Positions 1 to 9,344 of a stretch of DNA of 25,190 nucleotides are shown here, piece after piece (positions within the stretch are counted from its first letter, which is position 1; each line of letters opens with the position of its first letter). The notes under the pieces are model-generated. The model saw only the letters and a list, made by a program, of their open reading frames with translations. It was not told the DNA's origin and did not search any database. The stretch covers positions 1-25,190 of the forward strand of contig NW_021836191.1 in assembly GCF_006345805.1 (NCBI RefSeq), read 5' to 3'. A program made the position numbers and the translations under genes. Source of the DNA: Octopus sinensis (taxonomy: Eukaryota).

Positions 1-60
1 AAGAAAAAAACCGTTTGGTGTGGTGTTACAGGAAGATTTTTCAACATCAATAGATATAAT

Positions 61-150
61 CAGCCAGCCAACCTATCCAGACACTCACCCGCCCATCCAC
101 CCAGCCACCAACAAACCAACCGGCTAGCCAACCAAATACTCACTATGTCC
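61..150. repeat. Degenerate CCAG/CCAA/CCAT tetranucleotide low-complexity tract
   Basis: cagccagccaacc...ccatccacccagccaccaacaaaccaacc read directly. Confidence 0.6.
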
Positions 151-401
151 AATTGACCAATTGACTGGTTTATATCTCCGGCCAAAGAGGCCTTACAAAT
201 TTGTTTCTTCTCTGGTTTGCACCTTGCCGCTTGCTCACCCCCTACCCTACAACTTACACTGTGGTTGACAGTTCCAAAGATCACTGCGCAGTAACCAGTG
301 ACCTAACCCCAAATCTACAAGAGTTCTTTTAATTATATTGCAATTCCCAGAAATTCCATACTGACCAACTTTTCCCCTTCAGGTTCCCCTTTTTCTCTTT
401 C

Positions 402-404
<3 letters not shown>

Positions 405-436
<32 letters not shown>
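405..436. repeat. (CT)n microsatellite
   Basis: Perfect CT run. Confidence 0.95.
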
Positions 437-439
<3 letters not shown>

Positions 440-835
440 TCCTTTGCCCTCTTTCAATTTTCTCTCTTCTTCAATTCAGGCTGATTGAGGCAGTGAGGGA
501 AACTTATTGTAAATATTAGGGCACACGGGTCAGAGAGAGAGAGACAAACGCACACACGCACACACACACAGATAGGAAGAAAAAGAGAGATAGAAAAATG
601 ATGATGTTTTGGAATATTGTAGGGGTGGTAGGTAAAGAGAAGAGAGTGCAGGAATTCCTCTTCTGTGATTGAAATATTTATCTGGAACTGAGCAGAATGG
701 AATGGCATGCAGCTGAAGCCAAAGCGAAGCCATATAAGAAGATTGCTGTAGAAGAGGGATGTAGCATTCACTTTGGTGACATGACAATCTCAATAGAAAC
801 TGTATTGTATTGTTGACAACATGCATATATATATA

Positions 836-965
836 TATATATAATTTACAAAATAAGGGCAAAAGAAAAATTCTAATAAGGTATATATAATTTACAAAAT
901 AAGGGCAAAAGAAAAATTCTAATGCCAAATATGCCGAAAAAAAAAGACAAAATTGTCAATAACCA
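836..965 (+). mobile_element. Terminal-inverted-repeat-like end related to the foldback element at 23374-23683, with a 46-bp-period tandem duplication of its tip
   Basis: ataatttacaaaataagggcaaaagaaaaattctaat at 841-877 and 887-923; the continuation (atgccaaatatgccga...aaattgtcaat) resembles 23371-23450 (ataacttataaacaagggcaaaagaaaaatt...atgccaatatgctgag...aaatcgtcagt). Confidence 0.55.
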
Positions 966-1132
966 TTATAATTTATGCGTCTCGAAACAAACTGATAAAA
1001 AATTTCTAAAAAATCCATTATTACCGTATTGGTCCCAATTTCGGGGTTAATTCATAAGAATTTTTCCCTCTTCAGCGATAAATATGTGAGATATAAATGA
1101 AATACTTACTCATACCCATGGAAAAAGGTATG

Positions 1133-1182
<50 letters not shown>

Positions 1183-1196
1183 GAGGGCATCTAAGA

Positions 1197-1465
1197 GATA
1201 CCACCATGCTGGAAATAGCAGTCAAAACTTGATTCTAAAACCACAATTTAATGTTCATACAGCACCAGGGGAGAAGACAAAAGGGCAAAATAAACTAGCA
1301 AAAAAATTACTGGATAATCCCCCTCCCCCCCACGATACACATTTACTTATGTGCATATTCTTGCTAGTTTATTTTGCCCTTTTTTCTTCTCTCCTGGTGC
1401 TGTATGAACATTAAATTGTGGTTTTAGAGTCAAGTTTTGGCTGGTATTTCCAGCGTGGAGGTATC
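1197..1465. mobile_element. Foldback/MITE-like inverted repeat, 105-bp arms
   Basis: 1197-1301 is the reverse complement of 1361-1465 with 7 substitutions and no gaps by my alignment; 59-nt spacer. No TSD seen; the right end abuts a family C SINE tail. Confidence 0.8.
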
Positions 1466-1650
1466 ATTTAACATCCATTATCCATGCTGGCATGGGTTGG
1501 ATGGTGTGACCAGAGCTTGCAAGCTGGAGTGGGGGTAGGGGATTCACTGAAGCCCAGCATGTCTGATTTGGTATGGTTTCTATGACTGGATGGCCTTCCT
1601 AATGCCAACCATTTAACAGAGTGTGCTGGGTGCTTTTACATAGTGTTATG
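1463..1650 (-). mobile_element. SINE family C, diverged 3' portion
   Basis: catttaacatccattatccatgctggcatgggttgga...ctggatggccttcctaatgccaacc matches the copies at 2790-3005 and 10741-10926. Confidence 0.8.
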
Positions 1651-1754
1651 CATATATATATATGCATTGGTTTGTATTGGACAAATTGGAGAGGAGTCGT
1701 TCAATACATGATGTTGAAAATATTCTCACTTGAAGATCACACTACCATGAAACT

Positions 1755-1932
1755 GTTGTGTGTGTGTGTGTGTGTGTGTGTGTGCATGCGTGTGTGTGTG
1801 CATGCGTGCGTGTGTGCATGCGTGTATGTGTGTGTACATACACACACACATATATATACATATATATACCCATATATATGTATAAAACTATTATATATGT
1901 TTATATAGAGAGAGATCATGTGTGTGCGTGTG

Positions 1933-1980
<48 letters not shown>
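1755..1980. repeat. Compound (TG)n/(CA)n/(TA)n microsatellite
   Basis: Read directly. Confidence 0.9.
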
Positions 1981-2514
1981 TACCAGCATGGAAAACGAAC
2001 GTTAGAGAATTACTTGCCTGTCTGTTTAAAGTTTCAGTGTAATGCGCAGATTGCCACCTTATTGTAAATCGATGTGCAGTTTGATGGCTGACAGTGGCAA
2101 AAGTCAAATGATTTCATAGAAGAATGAATTAATCATATTCACCCATGACAGAAGCTTCTTATAACCGGCATCTGAATATGCATTTCAGACAACATTGGCA
2201 GGTGTTAATTAATAAATCCTCATTGTGAAGCATTATAGGTAACATTCCCCAGACACATGCGCACACACACACACACACACTCACGCACATATGCACAAAC
2301 ATGCACATACACACTCACTCACACCTCCCTTCCCTTGATGAAATACTGCGTATGCATATGCATAATGGTGTTTCTGTGAGTATACATGTGTGTGTTTGTG
2401 TCTGTGTGTAGACAGATAAATTTGAAGTATTATAGCAGGATTTATACATGTATGTAGAGACATGTATGTTTGTGTGAGGTGTGTATATATATCCACACAC
2501 ACATACACTCACAC

Positions 2515-2591
2515 ACATGGTGGGCTTCCTCACAGTTACCACTTACCAAATTCACGCAAAAGGCATTCTTTGACCTGTGGCTATTGTAGAA

Positions 2592-2595
<4 letters not shown>
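2515..2595 (-). mobile_element. SINE family B internal fragment, old
   Basis: gggcttcctcacagtt...accaaattcacgcaaaaggc...ggctattgtagaagac resembles the B copy at 15480-15550. Confidence 0.6.
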
Positions 2596-2631
<36 letters not shown>

Positions 2632-2664
<33 letters not shown>

Positions 2665-2696
2665 TCATCATCATCATTAAACGATGATGATGATGA

Positions 2697-2736
<40 letters not shown>
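2632..2736. repeat. Palindromic microsatellite (TA)n(ATC)n-TAAAC-(GAT)6(AT)n
   Basis: atcatcatcatcatcat (2661-2677) pairs with the GAT run (2683-2700), extended by (AT)n on both sides. Confidence 0.9.
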
Positions 2737-2738
<2 letters not shown>

Positions 2739-2789
2739 AAACAACATAAGAAGCCCCATCTGAACAACATAAAAAGCACAAACTAAACG

Positions 2790-3004
2790 TGGCTGATGCC
2801 AGAGCTGCCTGATTGGCTCCTATGCCAGTAGCACTTAAAGAGCACTCACTACACTCTTGAAGTGGTTTGCGTTAGAAAAGGCATCCAGCTGTAGAAACAC
2901 TGCCAGATCAGACTGGAGCCTGGTGCAGCCTCCTGGCTTGCCAGTCCCCAGTCAAACCGTCCAAACCATGCCAGCATGGAAATCGGACGTTAAACAATGA
3001 TGAT

Positions 3005-3005
<1 letters not shown>
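2790..3005 (+). mobile_element. SINE family C (3' half) with (GAT)n tail
   Basis: ...ggcatccagctgtagaaac...ccatgccagcatggaaatcggacgttaaacaatgatgat; three or more copies in the window. Confidence 0.85.
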
Positions 3006-3040
<35 letters not shown>

Positions 3041-3120
3041 CGTGCGTGCGTACATTTGTGTATGTATGTTTGTGTGTATATATATGTATATGTTATTATT
3101 ATTATTGTTATTTATCGGAA

Positions 3121-3475
3121 GATTGTGGTGAGCTGGCAGAATCATTAGCACGCTGGGCGAAATTCTTAGCGGTATTTTGTCTGCTGTTACATTCTGAGTT
3201 CAAATTCCGCCGAGGTTGACTTTGCCTTTCATCCTTTCGGGGTCGATTAAATAAGTTCCAGTTACGCACTGGGGTCAATATAATCGACTTAATCTGTTTG
3301 TCTATCCTTGTTTGCCCATTGCTACATTCTGAGATCAAATTCTGCCAAGGTCGACTCTGCCTTTCATCCTTTAGGGGTCAATAAATTAAGTACTAGTGAA
3401 ACACTGGGGTTGATGTAATCAACTAATCCCCTTCCCACAAAATTTCAGGCCTTGTGCCTTTAGTAGAAAGGTTTA
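3121..3475 (+). mobile_element. Compound SINE family A: tRNA head + body + partial tail type 1, fused to a headless body + tail type 2, within one 13-bp TSD
   Basis: A-box-like tggcagaatcattagc and B-box gagttcaaattcc; junction near 3314; TSD ttatttatcggaa at 3108-3120 and 3476-3488. Confidence 0.85.
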
Positions 3476-3954
3476 TTATTTATCGGAAAAAGCTATAGAT
3501 TGCGTGAAGGGCCTACTGTTTGGGACATTGGCACTTACCAATAAGTGTGTGTATGTGTGTTTGTATTAATGTATGGAGTTCTGGAGTATATCATGCAAAC
3601 TATTAATTATTAATTTGTGTCTTAGACAAACAAAACAAAAAGAATGTGAGCTTTTTCTGCAGGTGAATGACAACTATTGACTTGTTTCTGTTTATTTGAC
3701 CTCATCAGTACAGTATATTTTACTCATTGCTTGATCTGTTGATAAAGATTTTGATATACAGGAAAATTATGATGCTATGAATAATTTTTGCTGGTATAAT
3801 TTGCATATTTGAAGAAATAAGATGAAACTAAAGGGAAATAACTCAAATGACCCGATGTCATGAATTTGTGCACATTGAGTTATGGTGGGAGTGGGGATGA
3901 TGTACTGAAAACCATGAGCAAAAATTCTTATTTTAAATCTCTGTCTTACACCTC

Positions 3955-3992
3955 AGTGTGCATACACATATATATATGTGTGTGTCTCTGCA

Positions 3993-4059
<67 letters not shown>

Positions 4060-4465
4060 TGTGTATTGTGTGTGTGCATATATGTTTATATATATATCTA
4101 TATGCATATGTACTCATGTGTGTGCACATACATATATATATATGCATGTGTATTGTGTGTGCATATATGTTTATATATATATCTATATGCATATGTACTC
4201 ATGTGTGTGCACATACATATATATACACACATATACATATGTGTGTGTATATATATATATGTACATACACATGTTGTGTGTGTGCATATATATTTGTATA
4301 TATACATACACATATACATGCATAAGAATATGCACTTATATAAATATGTAGACATATATATATATTTATATATACATACATTATATATTTGTATATATTT
4401 ATGTACATACAGTATATACACAGACACACACATGCATAGACACTTGCACACACACACACACACGC
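3955..4465. repeat. Compound TA/TG/CA microsatellite containing an ~87-bp tandem duplication
   Basis: tatgcatgtgtattgtgtgt...tatctatatgcatatgtactcatgtgtgtgcacatacat starts at 4054 and again at 4141. Confidence 0.85.
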
Positions 4466-5994
4466 ATTAAAATATTCTCAGTTTTGAAATCCACTCTTTC
4501 TAAAGATACGTTTCGTGAGCCAATCAACATATCTGATTATGGAGTCACAATTAAGCTATTGATATTGTCACATATGACATGCAACATTTGCAGGAAGAAT
4601 ATTATTATCATCACTGGTATAAATATTTCATTGAGTGCAGCACACATTCGGCCCCAAACTTTGAATATTCCAGCATCACATGTTTGATATTATTGGCCTC
4701 CTACTCCCATTGCCCCTTTCTTTTTTTTTTTTTTTATCCTTTTAATTCTACATGAAAATGGTTCCTGATTTCAATATCCCACTGAGATCTAATTTAATTA
4801 TGACAGAACATTATTCATTGTGAGAGATAATTTTGTTAGCATATAGAAGTATAAGAATAGACATGAGTCAAGAATTCATGATATGGAATCAATTTACTTA
4901 AAGAAATATTCATTTCTGTGAAAGCAAAATGGCTGTATGAATGTACTTTTAGATTATCAGTTATAAAATTTTGAGTTCTGTTCTACTGTAGATCTTTTCG
5001 TTGTTGTTATCAACCACATCCATGGGGCCACACGTAGTTGGAAAAATGCCTTGATGTGGCCCACAGATTTATTGCTTAAGGAATAGCATGTAACTGCTCC
5101 CGACCATAATTTTTCACTCTTTGCACATTGTTTCTCTCATAGGGATGTGCTGTGAGAATTTCTCGATATCTATTTTATTTTTGGTTAAATTATGTATATC
5201 TTACATAATTTTGGTCTTAGGAAGAGCATCTAACTGCAGAAATCATATCATGCGGACGTCTTGTGTATAGTTCTGCAAATTATATTTTGGTATGATGATC
5301 ACACTGATGAGTTGCGGACAATTACGTAAGTAATTACGTAAGTGTTAACAACGAAATCGGGTTTGTGATTAATCTTTATATTTTGTATCTTTTCATTTGT
5401 CTTGCTCGCTTACGTTCTGGCGTTTGCTAAATTTTCTTGAGAACAATCCTTTCTTAGTGGTAAGACCATAGGGGGTCTACTTCTAGCATAATGGATGTCC
5501 ACTTAGTGGTCAGCCCTCTTATATGTATGTAATATATATATATGATTATTATTTGAGGGAATATTAATCCTAACTTACAGGGAAAAATTCAATTTTAATA
5601 TTTCTATTATATGTAATTTTCTAGATGGTGTAATTTAATTGTTCATTTTGAATTGATAAAGGGTGGTTTTTTTCTAATTTATATATTTATATATATACTT
5701 ATATTTGTGTAAAAAGGTTGAATTAGATTCATCCTTTAATTTGGAGGTTTCCAAAAAGAGATTTCTAATATAGATTCTTCATATTTTGCTGGTAGCTTAC
5801 TAGTGTAAAATTGTGAGTGTGAAAATTAAACTTGTATATTGTGTTTCGTGAATTTATGGAAAGAAATCCCTTAAAACTCAACAATTTTGATAAAAATGGA
5901 GAAAAAGGTGTTAAAATATATAAGAGAGTTTTAATTCATGTAGACGATCGTTTTGTACAGCGATATAAAAGTCATGCAAATGCATGGTTGAATA

Positions 5995-6062
5995 GAATTA
6001 ATTAATTAAATTTATTAGATTAAATTAATTAGATTAAATTAAATTAAATTAAATTAATTATA
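5995..6062. repeat. (ATTAA)n-like low-complexity tract
   Basis: aattaattaattaaatttattagattaaattaattagattaaattaaattaaatt. Confidence 0.8.
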
Positions 6063-6574
6063 TATTGCTGTACTCTTTAGTGCAAGAAGTTTAAACTAAA
6101 TTTTTACAAAGGACTTGAGAAAGGAAAAAGCAGAATAGAATCTCGGAGATTCATATTTATCCTCATGAGAAAGAAAGATATGTGTGAGTCCAGTTAGGTA
6201 TTAACTAAAACTTATATACTTATATATATATATATATGCATATATACATACCTGCATACATATACATACATTCATATATCATAGTGAAAGTAATAGAAAT
6301 GAAACTAATATATATATATATATATATATGCATAGTGAAAGTATTATCTCACATTACAATAGAGATGTTATTGTTTCACTTTTGACACATAATACTACTG
6401 AAATAGTGTAAGAGATAAGAGATTGCTCTGGGTTTGCATTACGCAAGAAGTTGAAAGGGTTTTGGGCTCATGACACTGCATTGAGTAAGTAAGGCATGTG
6501 TAAAATTTGAATGGAATCAGTTGGGGAGTTCTTGAGTTTTAGTGATGTACACAGACAGACACACATTCTCAGTT

Positions 6575-6797
6575 ATGTGTGTGTGTGTTTTTTGTGTTTG
6601 TTCCGCACCACTGCTTGACAACCAGTGTTGGTGTGTTTACACCCCATAACTTAGTGGTTTGGCAAAATGGACCAATAGAATAAGTACCAGACTTGAACCC
6701 CAAAATAAGTACTGGTGTCGATTCATTAAACTAAAATCCATCAAGGCATTGCTCCAGCATGGCTGCAGTCTAATGTTTGAAACAAGTACAAGAAAGA
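6575..6797 (+). mobile_element. SINE family B 3' half, older variant
   Basis: gcttgacaaccagtgttggtgtgtttac...gctccagcatggctgcagtctaatg..gaaacaagta aligns to 7560-7730; begins at a (TG)n tract. Confidence 0.8.
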
Positions 6798-7300
6798 TAC
6801 AATTATTTGCTATTTACAATATGTCAAACACTGGAGAGAATGTGAACCCTCAGGGATCCAAGTGCACGACCCAAACGTTTTCAGTTTTTTGTCAGAGCTA
6901 GTCCATTTACATCACAGATGCCTTTCCCAAGTGAGACATCCATTATTCACAGCATTCTTAACAATTTTATTTGTTTTGAGTTTTTTTAAAAACCATTTTC
7001 AGGATTTAACTAAAAATGGAAAAATAAGGCTTATAGTTTTTTTTTCTGTGAGTGGTATGGGAGGGTAATTCTTCTCTTGTATTAGGATTCTTTCTCCTCT
7101 TCCCAGTTCTTTGACAAATTGAGTACTGGGAGAAGGATCTGTTCTTTGAGCAAAAAAACTCTTACTAACTGAGAATAAGTGTCTTCTTAAGAATCAACTT
7201 GACACCTTGTTCTCTTTTTATGACTATTTGCAGAATCACTCCAATCAGTTTTCATTTGTTTATTTATTTGTGTGTATGCAGATATTTTATGATATTTAAA

Positions 7301-7467
7301 CAGGCGCAGGAGTGGCTGTGTGGTAAGTAGCTTGCTTACCAACCACATGGTTCCGGGTTCAGTCCCACTGCGTGGCACCCTGGGCAAGTGTCTTCTGCTA
7401 TAGCCTCTGGCCGACCAATGCCTTGTGAGTGGATTTGGTAGACGGAAACTGAAAGAAGCCTGTTGTA

Positions 7468-7512
<45 letters not shown>

Positions 7513-7751
7513 GTATGTGTGTGTATTTGTTTGTATGTCTGTGTTTGTCCCCCTAGCATTGCTTGACAACCGATGCTGGTGTGTTTACGTCCCCGTCACT
7601 TAGCGGTTCGGCAAAAGAGACCGATAGAATAAGTACTGGGCTTACAAAGAATAAGTCCCGGGGTCGAGTTGCTCGACTAAAAGCGGTGCTCCAGCATGGC
7701 CGCAGTCAAATGACTGAAACAAGTAAAAAGAGTAAAAAAGAGCAAAAAGAG
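7301..7751 (+). mobile_element. SINE family B, full length, young
   Basis: tRNA-like head (A-box-like tggctgtgtggt, B-box gggttcagtccc), CORE-like tgggcaagtgtctt, internal (TA)n(TG)n, (AAAGAGT)n-like tail; closely similar to copies at 15191, 16785, 24219. Confidence 0.9.
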
Positions 7752-7855
7752 TTTTAAAAAAAAAATTATTAATAAAGGTATTTTTCTCTCTTGTCTCAAC
7801 AAGTTTTTCTCCTTCATACTGGAATTGGTTTGGAGTAGTGTATCTCATTTGTTAC

Positions 7856-7969
7856 CAGGTATAAGACTATCATCATCGGGTCCTTCAGTGCCTTTGGCAA
7901 ACATTTGGACAGGGTCTCCCAAGTGATATAGGTTCGGTATCTTCATTGTGCTGCTTCCTTCTACAGCAA
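7856..7969 (-). CDS. Weak candidate internal exon (114 nt, phase 1-1), unidentified
   Basis: Minus strand: tcctgtatcttgacAG | open frame xAVEGSSTMKIPNLYHLGDPVQMFAKGTEGPDDDSLIPx | GTAACA; locally GC-richer. No recognised homology and no partner exons found. Confidence 0.2.
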
Positions 7970-8509
7970 CTGTCAAGATACAGGATCAGGTATTTGCCCT
8001 CCCTTTCCCATCCCAGCAATCTCAGAAACACTATAAAAGTCAAGGACCTTGCCATTCCTTCTCTGACTAATTCAGTAAAGAAAGAAGAAAAAATGTAATC
8101 AAATTTTTCCTTTAATTTTCATTCAGTTTTTCTTTGGTTTTTAAATCCAGAGAAACCTTAACCTGGAAGATTTGAGCATTTTTCTAAATTTTTTTTTTTT
8201 GTGTGTGCGTCTGCTTAAGTAGATAATAATTATGGGATTTTCAATTGCTCTTGTTATTCCTCTTTTTTTTCTGTTCACTTTATTTATTACATTCCCATAT
8301 AATAACAGAGGGGTGGTCTTCCTTCAAGCTAAAACCGTTATCTTCAGATTCCAGTTCCGTGTTGGATTTATTTATATTTGAAGAATTAATACTCTAAGGG
8401 TAATTCTTCCTTTCCTTTTCTTTTTTTGTTTTTAGAGATTTGGATCATTTCTTTAATTGCTAATAACAGAAAAATAAACCCCCTCATAATAATAATAATA
8501 ATAATAAAT

Positions 8510-9064
8510 GTCCTGATGCAGTACCAGGCAGTGGCTCTCGTAGCTTCTGATCTTAACTGATTGGAAGTGTTATCATGTACATTGTTTTGTCTTGGTATAA
8601 AAGATGGGCTACAGCAAATATTCTGCTCAATGTCACAGATTTGCTGGTCAGTTGTTTGACCTTAACCAATTGACCATGTCCCTTGGTGGCTGACGATATG
8701 TGTATCTGCAACCACGAGCAGAAGTAGTGGGGAGCATCATAGCCATGTGTTGAAAGGAATTCTTGAAGGTTTGGATACTTCACCTTTGGAAACATGGGTG
8801 GTTCGTTCAACATCCTTAAACAATCCTTATTCAGGGACCTTTTGAGCAGGATGAGCTACTCAACCTGAAGAAAATTCCAACTGGGCCCCACCAGCAAGGT
8901 CATGTGCTTTTTATCTTGATATGAGATCACCATGTTGTGCACATATGGTTGTGATGCATGTACCTGGTGTACCCTTATCAGACAGGTAGTCATGATGGGT
9001 ATACTGGGCTTTGTATATTTTACCCCACTGTCACTTTGATGGCATGCACTGCTCTCTCAGTCAA
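8510..9064. mobile_element. Probable interspersed repeat (~550 bp) bracketed by (AAT)n
   Basis: GC-richer block with (AAT)n at both ends; single copy here, so repeat status rests on my recall of similar octopus sequence. Confidence 0.4.
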
Positions 9065-9089
9065 TAATAATAATAATAATAATAGTTAT

Positions 9090-9300
9090 AATAATGATTT
9101 CTAATTTAGGCACAAAGCCAGTAATTCTAAAAAAAGGGGTTTAGTAACTCACTTTGACCCCAGTAGTTGACTGGTGCTTTATGTTATTGACCCAGAGGGA
9201 TGAAAGGAAAAGTTGTTTTTAGCTGGATTGAACTCAGAATGCAAAGAGCCAGAAAACATCACAGAACATCACATCCTCCATGCTCTAATGATCCTGTCAC
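9090..9300 (-). mobile_element. SINE family A, tail type 2, highly diverged
   Basis: aggcacaaagcc...ccccagtagttgactgg...gggatgaaagg...ttgaactcagaa. Confidence 0.65.
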
Positions 9301-9344
9301 CTATTCAATGTTGATAGTGTTAATAATAATAATAATAATGATAA

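Noticed and set aside
2190-2244. Plus-strand exon ending at AG|GTAACA (2238)
   Set aside because: Stops in all three frames from the nearest acceptor; no other support.
3860-4470. Overlapping long ORFs (up to 170 aa) rich in Y/I/C/V/H
   Set aside because: Translations of TA/TG/CA microsatellites, which lack stop codons.
5290-5312. C/D box snoRNA (ATGATGA, CTGATGA)
   Set aside because: No D box (CTGA) at a suitable distance downstream and no terminal stem.
6280-6343. 13-bp direct repeat catagtgaaagta around a short (TA)n
   Set aside because: Most simply a slippage duplication; no element features between the copies.
6790-7068. Long open frame (YLQYVKHWRECEPSGIQVHDPNV...)
   Set aside because: No recognisable domain, no convincing splice sites, ends in T-rich low complexity.
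7859-7930. KTIIIGSFSA resembling the LINE endonuclease GDFNA motif
   Set aside because: Catalytic residues are absent and flanks show no similarity.
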